From assembly GCA_040222015.1 (NCBI GenBank), contig JAVJWO010000072.1:15564-79563 (forward strand): DNA of 64,000 nucleotides. The letters run 5' to 3'. Each line of letters starts with the position of its first letter. Within the stretch, counting starts at the first letter, position 1. Positions 42,166-51,722 of this stretch are shown in pieces. This stretch comes from Coleofasciculus chthonoplastes F2-STO-03 (lineage in GTDB: Bacteria > Cyanobacteriota > Cyanobacteriia > Cyanobacteriales > Coleofasciculaceae). The notes beneath the pieces are model-generated. The model did not search any database. It was not told the origin of the DNA and was given only the letters and a program-made list of their open reading frames with translations. The position numbers and the translations under genes are program-made.

Positions 42166-42327
42166 AATTGTTGTTGATTAACGCTATTTGGGAGATAAAG
42201 GCAGGTTTAACCTTCATTTTGTTCAAGGAACCTGGTGCGTGAGGGTGTAGGGGCGGGTTTTACAATTATCGTGTTTGACCTCAACCCGATGCAACTAAAC
42301 CCGCCCCGATCAAATGCAAGAGTTAAA

Positions 42328-42400
42328 TTCCCTGTTCCCTGTTCCCTGTTCCCTGTGACACACCGAGCGAAGTCGAGGTGTTCCCTGTTCCCTGTTCCCT
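42328..42400. repeat. heptamer tandem repeat (TTCCCTG)n with an embedded small element
   Basis: a reverse-complement relative lies at 62660-62734. Confidence 0.75.
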
Positions 42401-42722
42401 AAGACTTCTTGCCATCGCCTTCCAGGAAAATCTTATAGCCAATAAAGCCAATAACGCCGATAATCATAATCGTCGCGATCGCAGCACTCACCCGTACAAC
42501 CAGAACAGCCGCCACGACAAAGGCTAAGAACTTACCAAACATCACTAGCTTTCTCCCCCACCGTTGCAGCTTTCCTTCCGGTTGCTCATGCTTAACGGTT
42601 TGGTAGAGAGGAGGTTGATTAATTTCCGCTTCCAGTTCGCGTAGTCGGAGTTCTCGCTCTCGTTGGATCAGGTCGTGTTCCCGGCGCTGAAGCTCCCGGT
42701 CTTCATTATTGGGAGAAGTCAT
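42399..42722 (-). CDS. small coiled-coil plus 2TM protein, hypothetical
   Basis: RERELRLRELEAEI coiled coil followed by two TM helices. Confidence 0.75.
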   Translation of the reverse strand: MTSPNNEDRELQRREHDLIQRERELRLRELEAEINQPPLYQTVKHEQPEGKLQRWGRKLVMFGKFLAFVVAAVLVVRVSAAIATIMIIGVIGFIGYKIFLEGDGKKS

Positions 42723-42918
42723 GTCAGTTCATCCTAGTCTGAGATCGATCACAATAGGTTATGAAAAGGTTAAAACTTTTTAGCAATTCACCATAAATTT
42801 TCTCTTACTTTAACCTTAGAGCCTCAGCATCTGCTAGATCTGGTTAAAAAACTTTAGGGCAAACCTCCACTCCGGGAACCGCTTCACCCTCATCCCCTGC
42901 ACCACCGCACACCTACTT

Positions 42919-43070
42919 AAGTAGGTTGGTGGAAATAAAATCAACTATATTAAGTTATGTGAATAGACCTCAAACCCTTACATAAACAAATGACGTAGCT
43001 TGCTTCTCGCTCTCGCGAGTATGACGAATGACGATCTGTGCCGTTAACTTTTATTGTCCCTACCTACTTA
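42919..43070. mobile_element. MITE-like element with TIR TAAGTAGGT..ACCTACTTA
   Basis: inverted ends; partial ends of the same family near 22001-22019 and 32634-32647. Confidence 0.6.
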
Positions 43071-43075
43071 GATCA

Positions 43076-43516
43076 CTATTCTTGTTGGGTTGGCTGATGT
43101 TCAGCATCAACCAGGGTTTCTTTAGATTGATCGAGCATACCCTTACCAGAAGACGTGCGCTTTTTGGCATTAGTTGACGATTCTACATGACGGATGTCGT
43201 CATGCAGATGAATCTGAATTTTCGGTCCGGAACTAGCTAAACGGATAATCATCCCATCCACAACAGACATCTGGGTAATGCGTTTTTCATCGATATAGGT
43301 TCCGTTAGCACCTAAGCTGATAATTCGCCAACCTGAACCATTCCGCCGAAGTTCAACATGGTGACGTGAAACGACGGCGCTGTATAAAATGACATCATTA
43401 TCCGTAGACCGCCCAATCCGAATCACCGATTCCGATTTAAACGGCCAACTTTGAACAGGTACAGACTGGAGAGGATGCAGCAGGGTCAGAGTAATCACCG
43501 GTGTTACATCATTCAA
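43076..43516 (-). CDS. FHA domain protein
   Basis: IGRSTDND..VSRHH..GANGT. Confidence 0.88.
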   Translation of the reverse strand: MNDVTPVITLTLLHPLQSVPVQSWPFKSESVIRIGRSTDNDVILYSAVVSRHHVELRRNGSGWRIISLGANGTYIDEKRITQMSVVDGMIIRLASSGPKIQIHLHDDIRHVESSTNAKKRTSSGKGMLDQSKETLVDAEHQPTQQE

Positions 43517-43741
43517 AAACGTGGGTCCTTTCGACTGACTGAATACTTCTAGAGATTCCCATGAGTCTAGGAACTGAATTTAACAGGTTTTCCTTAAGGG
43601 ATACCATCGATCAACCCTAACTATTTGTCAATGGTTAGGAGTCAACACGGTAAAAGATTTTTCCGGAAATATTATAGAAGTTACCTGTAAATCAGGCTTT
43701 TATTATTAACCCCCCTCAGTTTCAGTACATAGTCAAGGGAC

Positions 43742-44521
43742 TTAGGACTCTTGGAACAAAAACGTTACCATGTCCCCTTTGCCTAGGCTAATGCGATCGC
43801 CTTTGCGTAAGCGATGGCGATCACCTTTCGGTAACGGGGTATGGTTGATGTATGTGCCATTGGCGCTGCCCACATCTTCAAGATAGTAGGTATCTCCCTC
43901 GACGCGAAGATCTGCATGAACTCGCGAAACAATTTCAGAATTCGGAAAGCCAGACACATCAATATCCGGGGGAATCTGATCGTTGGGTTTACCGATATGA
44001 ATCACACTGATATGAGAGGGGAGTTCTATATTGGTCTGGGTTTGTAGATGGAGCAGATAAACAGACTGCACCTGCAACTGCGTGACACTACCTGGCGTTG
44101 GTGTCGCGACAGGGGGTGGGGGGGGTGCTGTTTCCGGCTCCGGTGGGGCTGGCTTTTCTTCTTCTTCTGTTGTCGTTCCGGATTGACCCACCTGGGTAAC
44201 GGGTAGCTCAGGAGGGGGATCAGGTTGCGGGTCAGGGATGGGTGATTGGGAACTCATTGAAAGAGGCTCGGGTTCAATTAGAGGGTCAGGGGGGTCTAAA
44301 TCGGGTACATCGGGAACCGACACTGGAGCTGGTGTATCTGGGCTTCCCGTTGAGCCACTGGCTTTCAGGTTAAAACCACATTGACCGCAGAAGCTAGCGT
44401 CTGTTTGAACTGTTGTACCACAGTTGGGACAACTCATGCTTGCCGGTAAAGGTGTATAGCAGGCTTCGCATTGAGTCGCACCGTCTGGATTTTGGTGATT
44501 GCAGTTAGGGCAAACAATCAT
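43742..44521 (-). CDS. fraH: FraH-like protein (double zinc ribbon, Pro-rich, FHA)
   Basis: four CxxC pairs, Pro-rich linker, VSRVH..SANGT FHA; lies downstream of pgl/devB. Confidence 0.8.
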   Translation of the reverse strand: MIVCPNCNHQNPDGATQCEACYTPLPASMSCPNCGTTVQTDASFCGQCGFNLKASGSTGSPDTPAPVSVPDVPDLDPPDPLIEPEPLSMSSQSPIPDPQPDPPPELPVTQVGQSGTTTEEEEKPAPPEPETAPPPPPVATPTPGSVTQLQVQSVYLLHLQTQTNIELPSHISVIHIGKPNDQIPPDIDVSGFPNSEIVSRVHADLRVEGDTYYLEDVGSANGTYINHTPLPKGDRHRLRKGDRISLGKGDMVTFLFQES

Positions 44522-44738
44522 AAGCTATTCAAGATTCACACATTCAAAATTACCAACAAAAGCGGTTTGACAAAGAATTGTTGTAGAGACGTTGCATGCA
44601 ACGTCTCTACTGAGGGCAAAACCGCCGAAATCCTTCGAGTCAGCATCAGCCTTCCTCCTTCATCAAAACACAGTTAACCGTTCTACCTTAATAACTTGTT
44701 ACATCAGGCTCACGGGTTCTCTGTCGTGGAAATGAGCA

Positions 44739-45461
44739 TTAGCCTTTCACAGCTTGACCCGCTTGCTGATCTAAAAGCCACCACAATTCCCCTTGAGGCT
44801 GAATGAACCGCGCCGGATAGGTCAAGGGATCAGCTTCATCGGCAAAGATTTGAGCCAACGCAGGTTGCTTTCCGGCTCCCGCCACCAGAAACATCACGCA
44901 ATGGGCTTGGTTAATCAAGGGTACAGTAAAAGTTATCCGAGGTTGACCATCTTTATTGCCCACAGTCACCCGGCGATCGCAAACCTGTAGCGCTTGGGTA
45001 TGAGGAAATAAAGATGCCGTATGGGCGTCGTCACCAATGCCCAGTAAAATCACATCAAATTGGGGAAACTCGCCAGCAGCTACACCAAAGAACTCCCCCA
45101 GTTCAGTATCATGCTTCGAGGCGTCGGCTTCCGGAGACTCCCCGTCTGTGGGAATTGGGTGAATATTCGTGGGTGGGATATCAACGTGATCCAACCAAGT
45201 CTGACGCGCCATCGCTTGATTGCTATCCGGGTGATCGGCTGGGACATAGCGTTCATCGCCCCAAAAGATGTGCAGTTTATCCCAGGGTAGATCCTGGCTA
45301 GCTAGGGCTTCATAGAGGGGCTTTGGTGTACCGCCCCCGGCTAAAGCCAGGGTACAGCGCCCTGAGCGTTGGATTGCCTCCTGTATCTTTGTTAGGACAA
45401 CATCACGCGATCGCTCAATCAGCGCGGCTTGATCAGGCAAAACTTCGACAATTTTCTTCAT
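44739..45461 (-). CDS. pgl: 6-phosphogluconolactonase
   Basis: LAGGGTP, FWGDERYVP, DAHTASLFP; GGAGGA RBS. Confidence 0.95.
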   Translation of the reverse strand: MKKIVEVLPDQAALIERSRDVVLTKIQEAIQRSGRCTLALAGGGTPKPLYEALASQDLPWDKLHIFWGDERYVPADHPDSNQAMARQTWLDHVDIPPTNIHPIPTDGESPEADASKHDTELGEFFGVAAGEFPQFDVILLGIGDDAHTASLFPHTQALQVCDRRVTVGNKDGQPRITFTVPLINQAHCVMFLVAGAGKQPALAQIFADEADPLTYPARFIQPQGELWWLLDQQAGQAVKG

Positions 45462-45637
45462 CAATCTGTGATCCTCCTCCTCAACAGGTTACTTGGTCTA
45501 GCCGACCATTTCATTAGATAATTGCAGTAGACCCCTAGGGTAATCATTCAAATATCCATGAGTTACTATGGGCAAGTCATACATGAACCCTAATTGTCCC
45601 ATACAGTATGGGGTACACTCGGTTCTAGGGTAAAAAA

Positions 45638-45832
45638 TTCCACTACCCCACTGTGTAGACGGCGGGGATGGCTAAGGACTTGCCTTAGTCACGCAAGTGT
45701 TGAATAGACCCCAAGCTGCTAGCTGGTATGTACTTCCAGATACTTCCCTAGCCTGGATGATTATCTACCAACCCTTAGGTCTGGGTTCGTCTAAAAGGTG
45801 GAGATCTTGCTAGTAGTGGTATCGTTGGGACT
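45638..45832 (+). ncRNA. omega RNA / HEARO-like scaffold (IscB/IsrB type), stand-alone
   Basis: TTCCACTACCCC start, multiple paired stems, TCCAGATACTTCCCTAGCCTGGA hairpin whose UCCC loop can pair with GGGA at 45827-45830. Confidence 0.72.
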
Positions 45833-45947
45833 AAAACAGGTTTTGCAGGTTCCTGGGTTTTTCACCATTAAAAACCTGCTTGTAAACCATAGTGGGCGCG
45901 ATTTCGGACCCAACGTAAGACGATGGGGTATCCGTCGCGGAATCAGG
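45638..45947 (+). mobile_element. non-autonomous IS200/IS605 OMEGA-type mini-element
   Basis: terminal hairpins at 45646-45667 and 45897-45939, no TIR or TSD, no ORF, immediately followed by ATGAA. Confidence 0.68.
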
Positions 45948-46706
45948 ATGAAAAGTAGTACTATGTATTCGTCGTTCGCGGGTTTAGCACTTAAAATAGT
46001 CGGACTGATCATGATCCTATCGTCCCTGTTGGATTATCTGATCCTGATTATTCCCTCTCCTGGTGTTAGCCCCCTTCAGAATGAATGGCAGCTTAATTTA
46101 ACCACCCAGCTTGTTGATCGAGGTGTTATCCCGATGGTGGGAATTGCCTTTTTGATAGCAGGATATTGGATCAGCAATAACAGTGGTGGCTCATTACCGG
46201 AGCGAAAATCCTCAATCACTGACTTGAGATTTTGGGCATTTTTACTCTCCAGCCTATTGGGTTTACTCTTCCTGTTGCTTGTCCCCTTGCACTTTAACAA
46301 TGTCCGCATCCAAAGCAATCAAGCGATAGAACAGATTACTCAGCAAGCCCAGCAAGCTGAAACCCAACTGGAAACGCAAGTTCAGCAAATTGATACTCTG
46401 CTTCAAGATCCACAACAGCTAGAACGACTAGACCAAGCCATTGAAAGCGGTCAAGCTCAAGGAGAGCAACTCCAGCGACTCCAGGCACTCCGAGAACAAT
46501 TGCAGGCGCTCAGAACAGATCCCGAAGCGATCGCTCAAAGAACAGAGCAAGCTCAGACTCAAATCCGGGGTCGTAAACAAGAACTTGAGCAACGCGCCCG
46601 AACTGAGGCATTAAAAAGAGGTATCCGCATCGGTTTAAGCAGCTTACTCTTAGCCATTGGCTACAGTATCATTGGCTGGATGGGATTGCGGAACTTGAGC
46701 AGTTAA
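45948..46706 (+). CDS. HpsJ family membrane protein
   Basis: TM-TM (QLVDRGVIPMVG)-TM, Q-rich coiled coil, TM; conserved neighbourhood with DUF502-nusB-ftsY. Confidence 0.75.
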   Translation: MKSSTMYSSFAGLALKIVGLIMILSSLLDYLILIIPSPGVSPLQNEWQLNLTTQLVDRGVIPMVGIAFLIAGYWISNNSGGSLPERKSSITDLRFWAFLLSSLLGLLFLLLVPLHFNNVRIQSNQAIEQITQQAQQAETQLETQVQQIDTLLQDPQQLERLDQAIESGQAQGEQLQRLQALREQLQALRTDPEAIAQRTEQAQTQIRGRKQELEQRARTEALKRGIRIGLSSLLLAIGYSIIGWMGLRNLSS

Positions 46707-46988
46707 TCTTCAAGTTATTGCTATGCGAGCAACAGGCAAAAAGGTTTGATAACAGTCTCTAAATTGTCAGTTGATCGAGATTTACGATTCAAAGAAGATA
46801 CACATAAGCTTCCTAATCACCCATTCCGAGATAACAAATAATCTCTATTCGAGCCAGTTGCCAACTGCTGTAGGTAATCCCCAGTTCTGCTTTTATGTGT
46901 CATCGGTTACGATTGGCATTGAGGCGGATTGGGGTTCTCAATTTGACCAAACCGCTTTAGCTAGACTAATTTTTTTACAACCTTTGAC

Positions 46989-47843
46989 ATGTTCTCGATT
47001 TATATCCTCACCTACAACGAAGAACGAGATATTGAAGCGTGCATTCAGTCAGCGCGGCTGTCGGATGACATCATTTTGGTGGATTCATGTAGTAGCGATC
47101 GCACGGTAGAACTTGCCCAAGGCTATCCTGTGCGAGTTGTATCTCATGCCTTTGAAAGTCATGGGCGTCAGCGTACTTGGATGCTGGAGAACGTCTCCAC
47201 TAAGTATGAATGGGCTTACATCCTAGAAGCCGATGAACGGATGACCCCAGCCCTATTTGCTGAATGCCTAGAGGCGATCAAGGACAACCAGTACGTAGGA
47301 TATTATGTCGCTGAACGGGTCATGTTCATGAATCAATGGATTCGTCACTGTACTCAGTATCCCCGTTACCAACTTCGTTTACTGCGAAAAGGTCAAGTCT
47401 GGTTTACCGATTATGGTCATACTGAACGGGAAGTTTCTCAGGGTTCTATCGGCTTTTTGAAAGAAACCTACCCGCACTATACCTGTAGTAAGGGGTTTAC
47501 GCGCTGGATTGAAAAACACAACCGCTACTCCACCGATGAAGCCCGGGAAACCTTACGCCAACTTGAACAAGGCACCGTCAACTGGGGGAATTTGCTGCTG
47601 GGGCGATCAGAAGTAGAACGGCGTCATGCCCTCAAAGATCTGTCGTTACGCTTGCCCTTTCGTCCATTACTACGCTTTCTCTATATGTACATTTTCCTCG
47701 GAGGCTTCCTGGATGGACGTGCTGGCTTTACCTGGTGTACCTTACAGGCATTTTATGAATATCTAATTACCCTCAAGGTTTGGGAACTCAAGGATCAACA
47801 ACTGCCCACCCTTGAGGCAACCGATTCCCAACTCTCTTTCTAA
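46989..47843 (+). CDS. glycosyltransferase family 2
   Basis: ILTYNEE..I..C, VDSCSSDRT, LEADE. Confidence 0.9.
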   Translation: MFSIYILTYNEERDIEACIQSARLSDDIILVDSCSSDRTVELAQGYPVRVVSHAFESHGRQRTWMLENVSTKYEWAYILEADERMTPALFAECLEAIKDNQYVGYYVAERVMFMNQWIRHCTQYPRYQLRLLRKGQVWFTDYGHTEREVSQGSIGFLKETYPHYTCSKGFTRWIEKHNRYSTDEARETLRQLEQGTVNWGNLLLGRSEVERRHALKDLSLRLPFRPLLRFLYMYIFLGGFLDGRAGFTWCTLQAFYEYLITLKVWELKDQQLPTLEATDSQLSF

Positions 47844-47922
47844 AGACCAACACCCTTGGACAAGCTTAAATAGAGACATCAATACTTGCAACAATTCTTA
47901 ACAAGCTTTACAACTAGAGATA

Positions 47923-48046
47923 GAACCCTCGACCAGGAGTACTGCTTCACTGGGGCAGCAAAAGGGAAAAGGGGGTTGAGCAGGAGTTCATCCCCCTCAA
48001 CGGCTGGGAAAGCTGGCAGTGATTGCCGTGATCAGGTCAAGGTTTC
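47923..48046 (+). ncRNA. candidate structured RNA / leader of the DUF502-nusB-ftsY operon
   Basis: closing stem GAACCCTCGACC/GGTCAAGGTTTC enclosing four hairpins. Confidence 0.35.
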
Positions 48047-48118
48047 AACAGCTTATACCAGTAATTGAGGGAGCAATGACAGACGTTTAAGAGCCATTGT
48101 AAGGAGAGTCAGTACTCT

Positions 48119-48853
48119 GTGATCCAACGCTTCAAGCAGGACTTAAAAAACGACCTAATCGCCGGTCTCCTGGTAGTGATTCCCCTCGCTACCACAATCT
48201 GGCTGACGATTACCATCGCCAATTGGGTGATCAATTTTCTCACCCGTATCCCTAAGCAACTCAACCCCTATAATAACCTCCACCCCATTTTGGTCAATCT
48301 CTTGAATTTACTGGTCGGGCTAACGGTGCCCCTCCTGTGCATTCTACTGATTGGCTTAATGGCACGTAATATTGTCGGGCGGTGGTTGCTGGATTTAGGG
48401 GAACGAGTGTTGCAGGCAATTCCCCTGGCTGGATCAGTCTATAAAACACTCAAACAGTTATTGGAAACCTTGCTTAAGGATTCCAGCAGTAAATTTCGGC
48501 GGGTGATTTTGGTAGAGTATCCGCGTCAGGGAATGTGGGCGATCGCCTTCGTCACGGGGACAGCAACGGGTGAAATTCAAGGCAAACTCAACGACACCAT
48601 GTTGAATATTTTTATCCCCACCACTCCGAATCCGACCACCGGATGGTATGCTATTGTGCCGGAAACGGAAGTGATTAATCTTTCCATGTCCATCGAAGAT
48701 GCCTTTAAGGTATTAATCTCTGGTGGAATTGTTGCACCAAGCGAATCCTCCATGGGTGTACCCCTCCAGATGCCATACGGCAAGACGAAGCGAGAGCAAC
48801 CTCTATCCGATATGCTGCAACAGCAGATGTTACCCACTGAAGAAAGTTCGTAG
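48119..48853 (+). CDS. DUF502 domain protein
   Basis: AGLLVVIPL, VEYPR, FIPTTPNPTTGW; AAGGAG RBS. Confidence 0.92.
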   Translation: MIQRFKQDLKNDLIAGLLVVIPLATTIWLTITIANWVINFLTRIPKQLNPYNNLHPILVNLLNLLVGLTVPLLCILLIGLMARNIVGRWLLDLGERVLQAIPLAGSVYKTLKQLLETLLKDSSSKFRRVILVEYPRQGMWAIAFVTGTATGEIQGKLNDTMLNIFIPTTPNPTTGWYAIVPETEVINLSMSIEDAFKVLISGGIVAPSESSMGVPLQMPYGKTKREQPLSDMLQQQMLPTEESS

Positions 48854-48968
48854 TGATTAGGGATTGGGGAAAAGGGCAAGAGGGGGACAAAGGACAAAGG
48901 ACATCTGTAGCTTCTCGCTTCTTTTCGGGAGTGAGTAGAACAAAAGACAAAGAACAAAGGAAAAAACC

Positions 48969-49613
48969 ATGCAACCCCGCAGAATTGCTCGTGAACTGGC
49001 ACTTTTAGGTCTCTCTCAGATGTCTCGTGAACCGGAACAGCTTGATGAAAAACAACTGAGCCAGATGGTATTAGTCGCCGTGAGGACTCTAACCGATGAA
49101 ATTAACGAAGCCTTAGAAACAGCCTCAGCCGAACTCAAACGCGGGAGCGATCGCCTTCTCGGTAGTGAAACCCGTGCGATCGATGTGCGAAGTTCCAAAA
49201 CGATGGTTGCTGAAGCCATTGAACTGACTCAGAAGGCGATTAACCGTATCGGTGTCGCGGTAGAAATCCCGGAAATGATTCAGCTTGCTAATCAAGCCGA
49301 CGTGCGGGCTTATGCGATAGAAATTATACAGGCGATTCGTCGTAGGCAAGTCGAAATTGACGAAATACTGGTTAAATCACTTAAAGATTGGCAAATCAAT
49401 CGCTTACCCCGCATTGACCGCGATATTTTGCGAATAGCGGTGGCAGAAATGGCGTTTTTAGGGATTCCTGATCGGGTGGCTATTAACGAAGCCATAGAAC
49501 TGGCTAAACGCTACAGCGATCAAGAAGGGCATCGATTTGTGAATGGCGTGTTGCGTCGCGTCACTACCTGCCTTCAGGAGCCAGAGTCTCCAGCTTTAGA
49601 AAAGTTAATATAA
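48969..49613 (+). CDS. nusB: transcription antitermination factor NusB
   Basis: [34 protein letters not shown]. Confidence 0.95.
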   Translation: MQPRRIARELALLGLSQMSREPEQLDEKQLSQMVLVAVRTLTDEINEALETASAELKRGSDRLLGSETRAIDVRSSKTMVAEAIELTQKAINRIGVAVEIPEMIQLANQADVRAYAIEIIQAIRRRQVEIDEILVKSLKDWQINRLPRIDRDILRIAVAEMAFLGIPDRVAINEAIELAKRYSDQEGHRFVNGVLRRVTTCLQEPESPALEKLI

Positions 49614-49775
49614 GTAAGTCGGTTAGCCCAGGTCAACGTGAACGGTGAGGATCGTCATTGGTCATTGATCATACTCGCTCCCTTGAGCAGCAAGCTACGC
49701 CTTATGTCATTTGAAAGCAGTGATTTTAACTTAAAACTCAAAACTCAAAACTATTTCTAATTCTAATTAGGTGCA

Positions 49776-51536
49776 ATGGTATTTAATTGGTTCCGCCGCC
49801 AAGTTGGTAAAAGTGCAGCCTCTTCCGAGGAGAAGGAAAAGAAGCAAGAACAGCCGTCAGCAACTCCCCCGGTTGAATCGCCGCAATCGGAGAGTGAGTC
49901 TGCCACTCAGGATCAGTCATCAACGGTTGCTGATGATTATCTGAGCTGGGCAAAAGCAGCTTATACAAACCTACAAAAGCAGCAACAAGCGCCCTCAGAA
50001 GCTGAAACCGAAGCGCCAGAGGTTCAACCTGAGATGGCTGACTCTACCCAGGCTGACTTAACAGAAAGTACAGAAGCCACAGAAACTTCCCCGGAGCTAG
50101 AAACGGTGGAAGCAGAGGAAGCAGGGGAAGCAGAGGAAGCTGGGGAAGCTGGGGAAGCAGAGGAAGCAGGGGAAGCAGGGGAAGCTGGGGAAGCAGGGGA
50201 AGCAGGGGAAGCAGAACTTAGAGTTGATGAAAGTAGTACTGTCCCCTCCCCAGACTCTCCTGTGGTAACTAAGGCTGAAACCGAAGCCGAACCCGCCGGA
50301 CCTGAAGAAACGCTAATTCCGACGGCTTCAGATACCATAGTTGAAGCGGAAACCGACATCGCACAACCTGAACCTGCGGCTACAGAAGAATCAACGACTG
50401 TGCCGATTTGGGCAAGGAAATCAGAACGAGAAGAACGACTCAAACGGCTCGAAGCAACAGCGATTGAGACGTCAGAACCCGAATCAGTCGCCCAACCCGC
50501 AACCCAAGCTGAAGCCGAGGCGGATGTCGCCTTTGATGAAGAATTTTTGTGGTCAGCCAAAGTCTTAGCCGCTCAAGGGCGTACTCCTGATGATGTTTCG
50601 GCTGAGGAAATTAGCTGGCTCAAACAACTTCGTTCTGGATTGGGCAAAACTCGTCGCGGTTTAGTTAACCAACTCAAGGCGATTGTCGGTCAGGGTCCGT
50701 TGAACCAAGACGCCGTGATGGAAATTGAGGCGTTGCTGTTGCAAGCGGATGTGGGTATCGAGGCAACGGATTACATTATTGAAACCCTGCAAGCTAGAAT
50801 GCGCCAGGAAGTCTTGCCTCCGGAACAAGCGATCGCGTATTTGAAACAGATTCTCCGGGATTTACTGGATAAACCCTGTCGCGAGTCTTACGGTTCCACT
50901 TTTTTCCCGGAAAAAGACACCCTGAATATCTGGTTGATGACGGGGGTGAATGGTGCGGGAAAAACCACCACGATTGGCAAACTGGCTCACTTAGCCAATA
51001 AATCGGATTACAAGTGTTTGATTGGTGCTGCCGATACCTTCCGAGCGGCGGCGGTGGAACAGGTGAAGATTTGGGGAGAACGCAGTAGCACAGAGGTGAT
51101 TGCTAATCCGGGCAAGAATACTGATCCAGCCGCTGTGGTATTCGATTCAATCACAGCCGCTCAAGCTCGAAATACGGAATTGCTTTTGGTAGACACCGCA
51201 GGGCGTTTGCAAAATAAGAAAAATCTGATGGAAGAATTGGCGAAAATTCGCCGGATTATTGACAAAAAAGCACCTGAGGCGAAGGTGGAATCGTTGCTGG
51301 TATTGGATGCTACCCTCGGTCAAAATGGTTTGCGTCAAGCTGAGGTGTTCTCGGAAGCGGCAAAATTGAGTGGTGTGGTGTTGACCAAGTTGGATGGTAC
51401 GGCTAAAGGCGGTGTGGCTTTGGCGATCGTGCAGCAATTGGGATTGCCGATTCGGTTTGTCGGGGCTGGGGAAGGGATTGAAGATTTACGCCCCTTCTCC
51501 AGTTATGAGTTTGTGGAAGCGTTATTGAGTGGATGA
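49776..51536 (+). CDS. ftsY: SRP receptor FtsY
   Basis: GVNGAGKTT, DTFRAAA, DTAGR, TKLDGTAKGG; acidic N-terminus. Confidence 0.96.
   Translation: MVFNWFRRQVGKSAASSEEKEKKQEQPSATPPVESPQSESESATQDQSSTVADDYLSWAKAAYTNLQKQQQAPSEAETEAPEVQPEMADSTQADLTESTEATETSPELETVEAEEAGEAEEAGEAGEAEEAGEAGEAGEAGEAGEAELRVDESSTVPSPDSPVVTKAETEAEPAGPEETLIPTASDTIVEAETDIAQPEPAATEESTTVPIWARKSEREERLKRLEATAIETSEPESVAQPATQAEAEADVAFDEEFLWSAKVLAAQGRTPDDVSAEEISWLKQLRSGLGKTRRGLVNQLKAIVGQGPLNQDAVMEIEALLLQADVGIEATDYIIETLQARMRQEVLPPEQAIAYLKQILRDLLDKPCRESYGSTFFPEKDTLNIWLMTGVNGAGKTTTIGKLAHLANKSDYKCLIGAADTFRAAAVEQVKIWGERSSTEVIANPGKNTDPAAVVFDSITAAQARNTELLLVDTAGRLQNKKNLMEELAKIRRIIDKKAPEAKVESLLVLDATLGQNGLRQAEVFSEAAKLSGVVLTKLDGTAKGGVALAIVQQLGLPIRFVGAGEGIEDLRPFSSYEFVEALLSG
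50109..50216 (+). repeat. 9-bp tandem repeat GAAGC(A/T)G(G/A)G x12 inside ftsY
   Basis: encodes (EAG/EAE)n. Confidence 0.9.
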
Positions 51537-51722
51537 TCAGACTGGCAAGCTTTGGATTCGTTATTTGCTCCTGGGTATCCCAAAGGACAAATGACCAATG
51601 ACCAATGACCAATTCCAGAAAAATGAGAAAAATATGTAGTGATGTAACAATAACCGGATCAGATTAAGAAATATTGCAATAACTTGAATCCGTTGCTATG
51701 GTATGCATTGTCCATTTAGCGA

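Noticed and set aside
45798..45947. 50-aa N-terminal extension of the hpsJ-like ORF, possibly an IsrB/IscB PLMP remnant (LQVP.., VRRW)
   Set aside because: There is no PLMP or RRXRR motif and the stretch lies in hairpin-forming element DNA; a chance open frame is more likely.
47923..48046. 6S RNA, SRP RNA or tRNA identity for the structured segment
   Set aside because: It lacks the long rod with central bubble of 6S, the SRP GGAA-loop helix motif and the tRNA T-loop; left unassigned.
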